Assembly: GCA_963804505.1 (NCBI GenBank)
Contig: CAWDQP010000010.1
Coordinates: 458,291 to 522,290 of the forward strand
Direction: 5' to 3'
Source: an uncultured Thermoplasmata archaeon
GTDB taxonomy: Archaea; Thermoplasmatota; Thermoplasmata; Lutacidiplasmatales; UBA184
DNA length: 64,000 nucleotides
Shown: positions 38,454 through 46,840 of the stretch, in pieces
Layout: each line of letters begins with the position of its first letter
Numbering within the stretch: position 1 is the stretch's first letter
Position numbers and translations under genes: made by a program
The notes under the pieces: model-generated
The model's input: only the letters and a program-made list of their open reading frames with translations
Told to the model about the DNA's origin: nothing
Databases searched by the model: none

Positions 38454-40137
38454 ATGCTTCGTCACGAGGTCGTCGTGGTGGGGCCGGCCTGGCCGGCCAG
38501 CGGGCGGCGCTCGCCGCCATCGAGGCCGGCCGCGACGTCGCGATCGTCTCGAAGCTCCACCCGCTCCGCTCCCACTCCGGCGCCGCCCAGGGCGGGATCA
38601 ACGCCGCGGTCGGCGCGGAGGACTCGGTCGAGACCCACATCTTCGACACGGTGAAGGGGTCCGACTACCTCGGGGACCAGGACGCGATCGAGTTCTTCTG
38701 CGGCGAGGCCGGCCCAACGGTCGTCGAGATGGAGCACTTCGGGACGATCTTCAGCCGCGCGCCCGACGGCTCGCTCGCGCGCCGTCCGTTCGGCGGGGCC
38801 CATTTTCCCCGGACGATCTACGCCGCCGACCGCACCGGGCTCGCGCTGCTGCAAGGGCTCTGGGAGCGCCTCGGCAGCGAACGGTTCACGCTTTACGACG
38901 AGTGGGACCTCACCGAACGTCGTCGTCCGCGACGGTCGGGTCCAGGGGATCGTCGCGTTCGACCGCAAGAAAGGCGACTTCGCGGAGATCGCCTCGAGCG
39001 CCGTCGTGCTCGCGACCGGGCCCGCCGGTCGGATCTACGCGCACACGACGAACGCGCACAGCTGCACCGGGGACGGGATCGCCGCCGCCTACGAGGTCGG
39101 GGCCGAGCTCAAGGACATGGAGTTCGTCCAGTTCCACCCGACCGCGCTGCTCGAGACGAGCATCCTGATCACCGAGGGCGCCCGCGGCGAGGGCGGGCTC
39201 CTGAAGAACGCCTCGGGCGAGCGGTTCATGGTCCGGTACGCCCCCCACGTGCTGGAGCTGGCGTCGCGCGACGTCGTCTCCCGCGCGATCGTGACCGAGG
39301 TCGCCGAGGGGCGCGGATTCACCGGCCCGTTCGGTCCGTACGTTCACCTCGAGCTGATGCACCTCGGCAAGGAGAAGATCGAGTCCCGCCTCCAGGAGAT
39401 CTGCGACTACGCGCGTCGAGTTCGCCGGGATCGACCCCGTGACCCAGCCGATCCCGGTCTTTCCGGCCCAGCATTACATGATGGGCGGGATCGGCACGAA
39501 CCGACGCGGCGAGACGAACCTCCCCGGCCTCTTCGCGGCGGGCGAGGCCGCCTGCGTCTCCATCCACGGGGCGAACCGGCTCGGGGGGAACTCCCTGCTC
39601 GAGACGCTCGTCTTCGGCAAGCAGGCCGGGATCGCCGCGGCCGCGTACGCTGCGACCGCGCCGGCCGCCGCGATGCACGCGACCGACCTGGACCACGCGA
39701 TCGAGCCGCTGCGACGTTGGTCGAGCCGGACGGACGGCGAGGACCCGAGCACGTTGCGGACCGAGCTGCAGCGGACGATGGACCAGTACGTCGGCATCTA
39801 CCGCAACGAGGCGGACCTGATGGAAGGGATCCGCCGCGTGCGCGCCCTCCGGGCGCGGTTCGAGCAGGTCCGGGTCGTGGACCAATCGCGGGTCTACAAC
39901 CTCAACCTCACGGACGCGCTCGAGACCGGTCACATGCTCGAGCTCGCCGAGACGATCGTCGTCGGCGCGTACGCCCGGACGGAGAGCCGCGGGGGCCACG
40001 CGCGGACGGACTACCCGAAGCGCGACGACGCCCGCTGGATGCGCCACACGATCGCGCGCCGCGCGGCGGACGGGCCGACCCTGACCTACACCCCGGTGGC
40101 GTACACCCGATGGGAACCGAAGGAGCGGGTGCTACCG
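38454..40137 (+). CDS. sdhA: Succinate dehydrogenase / fumarate reductase flavoprotein subunit
   Basis: [26 protein letters not shown]...[14 protein letters not shown]...HPTAL...EGARGEGG...HYMMGGI...ESRGGHAR. Frame breaks lie near 38483 (G run), 38915 and 39417. In the sequence as given there is no in-frame stop before the sdhB ATG. Confidence 0.9.
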
Positions 40138-41108
40138 ATGGCGGACGCGACGATCTCGGTCCCGCTCGACGTCTATCGGTTCGACCCCGCGCGCGACACG
40201 GTCCCGCGCTACCAGCGCTACACGCTCGATCTCGCACCCCACACCCCGGTTCTCTCGGCCCTCCTCAAGATCCGCGCCGAGGTCGACCCGACCCTCAGCC
40301 TCCGGTTCTCCTGCCGGAGCGCGATCTGCGGGTCGTGCGCGATGCAGGTGAACTCGAAGAGCCGCCTGGCCTGCGAGACCCCGTCGGGCCCGAGGTCGAG
40401 CTCCACGGCCGGATCGTCGTGGAGCCGATGCGCAACCAACCGGTCGTCCGCGACCTGGTGGTCGACCAGGCGCCGTTCTGGAAGCAGTACGAGGGGATCG
40501 AGCCGCACCTGAAGCTCGACCCGGCGAAACCGATGCCCGAGGGTCGGACCAATCCGATGACCCCGGAGCAGGTCGAGGAGTTCCACGACACCCCGCGGTG
40601 CATCGCGTGCGCCGCGTGCTTCTCGGCCTGCCCGGCGGTCGAGGCGGACCCGACGTTCCCCGGCCCGATGGCGCTCGCCAAGCTCTTCCGATTCGTGGTC
40701 GACCCGCGGGACACAGCCCGCCAGGACCGGCTCGTCCGGATCCAGACCGAGGGGCTCTGGCTCTGCCTTCGCTGCCACCTCTGCACCGACTCCTGCCCGA
40801 AGAACGTCCGCCCGTCCGAGCGGATCCGCGACCTCAAGGAGATGGCGGTGAACGCCCAGGGCGCCACCGAACCCGGGTCCCGGCACGCCGTCGGGTTCAA
40901 GGAGAACCTCCGTTCCACGGGAATCCTGAACGAGATGAAGCTCGTCCGGCAGACGTACGGGATCGTGGGGACGCTCGGCCAGGTCGGCCAGGGGATCCAC
41001 GTCTGGCGGAAGAAACCCGAGATCACGAAGCGCCCGCACCCGATCGAGGGGGCGGAGGAGATCGAGAAGATCTACGAGGCGCTCGACCCGGAGGGGGACG
41101 GCCGATGA
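40138..41108 (+). CDS. sdhB: Succinate dehydrogenase / fumarate reductase iron-sulfur subunit, with C-terminal extension
   Basis: [17 protein letters not shown]...[15 protein letters not shown] (2Fe-2S). It also has [12 protein letters not shown] and [12 protein letters not shown], two full CxxCxxCxxxCP motifs. About 100 extra residues follow. One frame break in a C4 run near 40380. Confidence 0.85.
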
Positions 41109-41988
41109 AGCTTGCGTACTATCCCGGATGCGTCGCGCAGGAGTCGGGCAAGGAGCTCGACATGGCGACCCGCTGGGTCTGCAAGGCGCTCGGGATCGAG
41201 CTGGCCGAGTTCCCGAACTTCTCCTGCTGCGGCTCGGGGTTCGTGGACGAGGCGAACGAGGTACTGAACGTCGCGATCAACGCCCGCAACCTCGCGATCG
41301 CCGAGCGGGCGGGCCTCGACCTGCTGACGATCTGCTCGACCTGCCAGGGGATGCTCACGCTCGCCAACCTCCGCTACGCCGACCCGAAGGTCCACGCGAA
41401 GGTCGACGGGGCGCTCCGCCCGCTCGGGATCGAGTACCGGGGGACGGTCCGCGTGAAGCACCTGCTCCGCGTCCTCGTCGAAGACGTCGGACTGCCCGCC
41501 CTCCGGTCGAAGGTGAAACGTCCCTTGGCGGGCCTCAAGGTCGGCGCGTTCTACGGCTGCCACCTGCTCCGGCCCTCGGACGAGACCGGGGCGAGCCGGG
41601 CGAGGAGCCGAAATCGTTCGAGGCGCTCCTGGACGCGCTGGGCGCCGAACCGGTCTACTACCGGGGCCGGGTGATGTGCTGCGGCTTCCCAATCCAGTTC
41701 GTGAAACCGGAGACCGCGAGCCGGATCGCGGGCAAGCAGATCGCCGACGCGAAGGACCACGGCGCGGACGCGATGGCGACCCCGTGCCCGCTCTGCCACC
41801 TCTCGCTCGACGCCTACCAGAACAAGGCCGAACGGTCGGCGGGACGCTCGCTCGACATGCCGGTTTTCCACCTCCCGCAGGTCGTCGGCCTCGCCCTGGG
41901 GGCGAGCCCTGAGGAGCTCGGACTCTCCCGCCACCTGGTGCCGACCGATGCCGCGCTCGCGAAGATCGGATCGACCGCACGCGCGTGA
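41105..41988 (+). CDS. HdrB-like CCG-domain protein (SdhE/TfrB-type subunit)
   Basis: The ATG overlaps the sdhB stop (ATGA). It reads [17 protein letters not shown]...FSCCGSGF...CSTCQGM...FYGCHLLRP...VMCCGFP...CPLCHLSL, which is two CCG-type cysteine-rich repeats. One frame break near 41590. Confidence 0.75.
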
Positions 41989-42483
41989 GCCCGCCCCGCC
42001 CTCCGGGTCCGGCGCTACGCGAGCGGTGCGCCGTGGGAGTCGCTGGTCGGCTACAGCCGCTCGGTGCGCGTGGGCCCGCGGATCTACGTCTCGGGGACGA
42101 CCGCGACCGACGAGCGGGGGACCGTCGTCGGGCCCGGCGACCCGTACGCCCAGACCGTCCGGACGCTCGACAACGTGGAGCGCGCGCTGACGGCGCTCGG
42201 CGGTCGCATCGGGGACGTCACCCGGATCCGGGTGTTCGTCCGCGACTTCGCGGACTTCGGCGCGATCGCCCGGGCGCTCTCCGAGCGTTTCGACCGCGTG
42301 CGGCCGGCGGCGACCATGGTCGCCGTCGCGGCGTTGGTGGACCCCGCCATGCGGGTCGAGATCGAGGCGGATGCCGAGCTGGGCGCGCGCACCGCGCCGG
42401 CCCGGCGGGGCGGCCTCAGGCCGGGTCCGCGGGATCGGTCGCGTCGGGCGCGCCCAGGGCCCGGGCGCCGGCGCCCTTCGTGA
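41985..42483 (+). CDS. RidA/YjgF-family (Rid) protein
   Basis: ...[49 protein letters not shown]...[24 protein letters not shown]. The probable start is GTG 41985, overlapping the upstream stop, with a shift near 42005. The 3' end is uncertain because the ORF runs on past the usual EIEA.A end. Confidence 0.7.
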
Positions 42484-42687
42484 CGTACAGGTGGAGCCGG
42501 TCGCACGTCCGCGGAAGTAACCGGCCCCCTGAGGGCCGAAATCGCGCGCGAGGAGCGGCGCGAGCTCGTCGTCCGTGAGCCGCGGGTCGACCGCGGGGGT
42601 GAACATGCACCCGAAGACGAGGAACCGACGGTCCTCCAGGTCGAACCGGGCGGTCTCCGCGGCTCCGCAGAACGGGCAGGTCAGCAC
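42416..42687 (-). CDS. Small cysteine-containing hypothetical protein (possible zinc-ribbon)
   Basis: GTG 42687 gives MLTCPFCGAAETARFDLEDRRFLVFGCMFTPAVDPRLTDDELAPLLARDFGPQGAGYFRG. After a shift near 42510 it ends [30 protein letters not shown] recognise no family. Confidence 0.3.
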
Positions 42688-42731
42688 GGAACGGAAGCCT
42701 CGGGGCGGGAGAAATCGTTGGCGGGAACGCC

Positions 42732-42960
42732 TCAGTCGATGTACCCGAGGGAGCGGAGCCGCTCCTTGAGGGTCCGCTCGTCGGCCTCGGTGAGTCCGGG
42801 CCCGCCGGGGGACTCGAGCAGCCGGGCGAGGACGAACGCCACGAACGCATCGACCGACTCGAACGCCGACCCCTCGAGGCGCGCCTCGATCGCCCGCACC
42901 GTCTCCGCCGGAAGGCGGATCGTCCGGGACGTTCTCCGGCGATGAGGGACCCGGCGTCAT
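42732..42960 (-). CDS. Ribbon-helix-helix (CopG-like) small protein
   Basis: ATG 42960 gives MTPGPSSPENVPD. After a shift near 42930 it continues TIRLPAETVRAIEARLEGSAFESVDAFVAFVLARLLESPGGPGLTEADERTLKERLRSLGYID*. This is the beta-strand plus two helices typical of RHH proteins. Confidence 0.45.
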
Positions 42961-43028
42961 GCTCGACGCCGTTCGATGCGTCGCGGTAGATAGAGGCTTC
43001 GTGTCGGGTTTGGTCATTTCATTCCCAC

Positions 43029-43967
43029 TCGATGGTCGCCGGCGGCTTGTCGGTGATGTCGTACAGCACCCGCACAACCTCGCCGGCGAGGTCGCGGGTG
43101 ATCCGCTCGGCGATCCTTCCGAGGACCGCGCGCGGCGGCGAGGCGGCCGTCGCGGTCATCGCGTCGATCGGAGTCGACGATGCGGACGCTGACCGCTTCC
43201 CCGAGCACCCGGTTGTCGCCGGTGACGCCCACGGTGTGCGTCCCGAGCAGGACGGCGAAGTACTGCCACGGTCGGGGCATCTCCTTCGCCTCGACCGCCC
43301 GCTCGACCTCCTCCTCGACGATCGCGTTCGCGACCCGGGCGCGGCGGACCCGTTCGGCCGTCACCGGGCCGTCGACCCGGACGGCCAGCCCCGGACCCGG
43401 GAACGGCTGGCGGTTCGGTTCCGGGATGCCGAGGTGGTGGGCGAGCGCTCGCACCTCGTCCTTGTAGAGGTCCCGGAGCGGCTCCACGAGGACGAGGCGG
43501 GTCCCCTTCGGAACGCCGCCGACGTTGTGGTGGGTCTTGATCGTGCTGCGGAGCTCGCCGCCGCTCTCGATCCAGTCCGGCGCGATCGTCCCCTGCACGA
43601 GGCGGTCCGCGCCGAACCGACCGGCCTCTTCCTCGAACAGCCGGATGAACTCGGCGCCGATCCGTCGGCGCTTCTCCTCGGGGTCGGTCACGCCGGCGAG
43701 GACGCCCAGGAACCGGGCGGAGGCTCGGACGACATCGTACCGGAGCCCGCTCGACCGGAACAGGGCGCCGACCCGATCGACCTCGCCCTGGCGCAGGAGA
43801 CCGGTGTCGACGAACACCGCGCGCGCCCGGTCGCCCAGGGCCTTCTCCGTGAGGATCGCCGCCGCGGTGGAGTCGATACCGCCGGACGCGGCGACGATCG
43901 CCCGGCCCGGGACTTCCGTACGGAGGCGCTCGACGGCCTGTCGGGCGAACGCCGCCGGGTCGTTCAC
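43029..43967 (-). CDS. guaA: GMP synthase, ATP-pyrophosphatase subunit (archaeal split type, subunit B)
   Basis: GTG 43967 overlaps the purE stop. It reads [15 protein letters not shown] (PP-loop)...IKTHHNVGG...[14 protein letters not shown]. After a shift near 43165 it ends ...[12 protein letters not shown]. No GATase subunit is adjacent. Confidence 0.85.
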
Positions 43968-44473
43968 GGGCGGTCCCCGGCGGGCGCCGTCGGTTCCTCG
44001 CGCCACCGGGCCCGGTACTTCTCCAGCTTCGGGAGGAGCTCGGGGTGCTTCAGGGCGAGGATCGAGACCGCGAGCAGGGCGGCGTTCTCGGTCGCGTCCA
44101 GGCCGACCGCCGCCACCGGGATCCCGGGGGGCATCTGGACGACCGAGAGGAGGCTGTCGAGCCCGAGCCCGCGGTGGAGGGGCACGCCGATGACGGGCTT
44201 CAGCGTCCGCGCCGCGACCGTACCGGGAAGCGCGGCGGAGAGGCCGGCCATCGCGACGAACACGTCCGTCGTCGGGGTCGTGGGCCAGCCGGTCGACCTT
44301 CTCGGGGTCCGGTGGGCCGAGGCGACGTGGACCTCGCACGGGACCTCGAACTCCTCGAGCCGGGCGCGGACCTTCTCGGCGAGCTCGAGGTCGGACCGGC
44401 TCCCGACGAGGACGGTGACCTTCACGCCGCCGAGGACGCCCGGGTGGAGAAAACCTTTGGTGCGCAAGTCCAA
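43964..44473 (-). CDS. purE: N5-carboxyaminoimidazole ribonucleotide mutase (PurE)
   Basis: VKVTVLVGSRSDLELAEKV...VHVASAHRTPEKVDRLA...DVFVAMAGLSAALPGTVAARTLKPVIGVP. The stretch around 44262..44300 is displaced into another frame by a compensated pair of indels. Confidence 0.85.
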   Translation of the reverse strand: MDLRTKGFLHPGVLGGVKVTVLVGSRSDLELAEKVRARLEEFEVPCEVHVASAHRTPRRSTGWPTTPTTDVFVAMAGLSAALPGTVAARTLKPVIGVPLHRGLGLDSLLSVVQMPPGIPVAAVGLDATENAALLAVSILALKHPELLPKLEKYRARWREEPTAPAGDRP

Positions 44474-44511
44474 GACGACCCTTCTTACCCCGCGGTGCGT
44501 GCGGCGCCTCG

Positions 44512-45165
44512 ATGGAGTTTCGGCTGCACGGGGGCGGACGGTTCCGTCGCTGGCTCGGCGGCCAGTTCGGGGGCGACCTTGCCCTCGGGGACCGTGTGCT
44601 CCGCCGCATCCTCCACGTCTCGGGGGCCGCGGTCCTGCTCTACTTCGTCATCCCGAGCGGGTTCTTCGTGGTCGCCTCGACCGAGGAGATCCTGCTGGGG
44701 CTACTCGCCGCGGTCCTGGTCATCGAGGTCCTGCGTCTCGCCTACGGGCTCGAGCTCGCGACGGTCCGGGAGTACGAGACCCGTCGTATCGGGGGCTACG
44801 TCTACTACTCCGTCGCGCTCACGGCGGCGGTCCTCCTCTTCCCGGAGCCGATCGCGGCCGCGGTCGTCCTCGGCACGGCGCTGGTCGACCCCCTGATGGG
44901 CGAGATCCGCGAGCATCCCCGGCGCGCCGGCTCTACCCGTCGGTGCCGGTCGCGGTCTACGCGGGGCTTGCGTTCGTCGCCCTCGCGCGGGATCGGTCGC
45001 TGGCCGGTCGCGACGAGCGCGCTCCTCGCGGTCGCGGCCGCCGCCGTGGCGGTCGCCGCCGAGCGGCCCCGGCTCAACTGGGTCGACGACGACCTCGTGA
45101 TGACGATCGTCCCGGCGCTGTTGCTCGCGGGCCTCGGGATCGTGGTGCTCGGCCTGCCCCGGTAG
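44512..45165 (+). CDS. Polytopic membrane protein (dolichol/phytol-kinase-like; weak assignment)
   Basis: Several hydrophobic helices are present (AAVLLYFVIPSGFFVV, LLGLLAAVLVIEVL, YYSVALTAAVLLF, LLAVAAAAVAVAA, MTIVPALLLAGLGIVVLGL). A compensated pair of frame breaks lies near 44925 and 44990. Confidence 0.4.
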   Translation: MEFRLHGGGRFRRWLGGQFGGDLALGDRVLRRILHVSGAAVLLYFVIPSGFFVVASTEEILLGLLAAVLVIEVLRLAYGLELATVREYETRRIGGYVYYSVALTAAVLLFPEPIAAAVVLGTALVDPLMGEIREHPRRAGSTRRCRSRSTRGLRSSPSRGIGRWPVATSALLAVAAAAVAVAAERPRLNWVDDDLVMTIVPALLLAGLGIVVLGLPR

Positions 45166-45174
45166 GGGGCGCCC

Positions 45175-46719
45175 TCAGACGATCGGGGTCAGGACCGCGT
45201 GGGGCGCGCCCTTCGACGTATCGACGCTGATCGCGTAGATGGTCGTCCGCGGGCGGATCCCGTAGATGCACGGGGCGTTGTCGATGTTGATGATCCGGAA
45301 GTACGTGTCCATCATGTTCAGGATCTCGCTCGAGACGAGCAGTCCGGGCTTGAGGAGCCCGATCCCCAGGTTGCCGACGTGCTTCGTGCGGGAGACGCCC
45401 TGGAAGTACATCCGGATCGCCACCTGGTCGCCCATCAGGCTCTCGAACGTGTCGAACGCCATGTACTCCATGAACGGCTTCCGGTCCGGGCCGGCGACCG
45501 TCTTCTCGGCCATGACCATCGCCCGCGCGGCCTCGTCGCGGCCGAACCGCGCCATCGGTAGGATGAACGGGTCCTCGGTCTCGTTCGCGGTGTAGTCGGG
45601 GATCCGGACCCGCGTGTCGAACTGCGTCGGCGGGACATGGCGGACGAGCGTCTCGCGCAGCTTGTCGGGCGACTCGCCCGCCGCGAGGACCGCGATGATC
45701 CCGCGGCCCTGGGCGAGGAAGTTCAGGAACGTCGGGACGAACAGCATGTAGTAGTCGTCGATGCCGACGTTCACGTCGACCTCGAACGCGTTGAAGCTGC
45801 CCCGTCGGAACCCTCCGCCCAGCAGTTCGTCGAACGTCGGGATGCCCGTCGAGTAGAACCGGTCCGGGTCGGTCACCGGCGTCCACGGGTCCTCGTTCGC
45901 CTTCCCGGTCGGCGCGGAGGAGAACCCGAGGGCCTCGAAGCGGCCGCCGGCGAGCGTGACGGCGTACCGGGCCTGGCCGATGTTCGTCGCGCGGAGCTTC
46001 TCGAGCCGCAGGTGCCGGACGCGGCGCTCGTCCAGCTCTTCGCGCTGGATCGAGATCAGCCCGTCCACGAGGTACTCGATGCCGCCCGCCTCGGGCTTCT
46101 CGAGGATCATCACGACGGCCGTGCTGGACCCCTCGACCAGGTCCTTCTGCAGGGCCATCACGAACTCTTCCATCTCGAGACCGTACTTGTGGGTCACACC
46201 CTCGAGGGAGTCGATCACGAGGAGCGACTTCTCCGGCAGGCCCTTCTCGATCCGGTTGTAGACGTTCTCCACTTCCGGCATCGGGCTCCGCTTGAGGAGC
46301 GCCACGAGGTGCGTGCGGTCGACGCGGGTCGGCGGGCCCCGTTCCTGGCCGAAGCTCCCGAGGACCTCCTTGCCCGCGCGGATCTTCCGCTGCTCGCTCT
46401 CGGGGAGCTCCGACTGGCGGCCCTTGCCGCCCGACTGGATCGCGTCGAGGAACAGTTTCGCGGCGTCCAGCACGCGCGACCGCATCTCGGCGGTCTTGAG
46501 CCACGGGAACTGCCGGTAGAGCGCCTCGTCGCCCACCCGGGTGGAGAGGTAGAACGACCGGTTCGGCTGGCCGATCCGCTCGAGGAGCTCGAGCCCGAAC
46601 GTCGTCTTCCCGGTTCCGGCGCCGCCCTTCACGATCAGGGACCGGCCGCCCTTCCCGCTCAAGAACGACACCACTTCGGGCGGAACCCCCACGGTCGCAC
46701 TCCCGTTGTCGCCACTCAT
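45175..46719 (-). CDS. KaiC/RecA-superfamily ATPase, two-domain (GvpD-like)
   Basis: An intact ORF. The ATG at 46719 is preceded by GAGGA. It reads MSGDNGSATVGVPPEVVSFLSGKGGRSLIVKGGAGTGKTTFGLELLE (Walker A) and SLLVIDSLEG (Walker B). A second degenerate RecA-like half begins STGIPTFDELLGGG. Confidence 0.65.
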   Translation of the reverse strand: MSGDNGSATVGVPPEVVSFLSGKGGRSLIVKGGAGTGKTTFGLELLERIGQPNRSFYLSTRVGDEALYRQFPWLKTAEMRSRVLDAAKLFLDAIQSGGKGRQSELPESEQRKIRAGKEVLGSFGQERGPPTRVDRTHLVALLKRSPMPEVENVYNRIEKGLPEKSLLVIDSLEGVTHKYGLEMEEFVMALQKDLVEGSSTAVVMILEKPEAGGIEYLVDGLISIQREELDERRVRHLRLEKLRATNIGQARYAVTLAGGRFEALGFSSAPTGKANEDPWTPVTDPDRFYSTGIPTFDELLGGGFRRGSFNAFEVDVNVGIDDYYMLFVPTFLNFLAQGRGIIAVLAAGESPDKLRETLVRHVPPTQFDTRVRIPDYTANETEDPFILPMARFGRDEAARAMVMAEKTVAGPDRKPFMEYMAFDTFESLMGDQVAIRMYFQGVSRTKHVGNLGIGLLKPGLLVSSEILNMMDTYFRIINIDNAPCIYGIRPRTTIYAISVDTSKGAPHAVLTPIV

Positions 46720-46739
46720 GTTATCCTCGTAGTGCACGG

Positions 46740-46829
46740 GCGGAGCGAGGGTCCCGGAGCCCAGCGAACCATTCCGTGTCCTACCTCGAAATGGACACGG
46801 TCGGAAAGTAAAGCTTTCCCTCGCTCCGC
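46740..46829 (-). other. Structured intergenic element between the alaS stop and the KaiC-like start
   Basis: A 12-bp closing helix pairs GCGGAGCGAGGG (46740..51) with CCCTCGCTCCGC (46818..29). It encloses hairpins CCGTGTCC/GGACACGG (46774..46800) and GGAAAG/CTTTCC (46803..46819). The second hairpin competes with the closing helix for 2 nt. Confidence 0.3.
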
Positions 46830-46840
46830 AGAGCGGGGTC

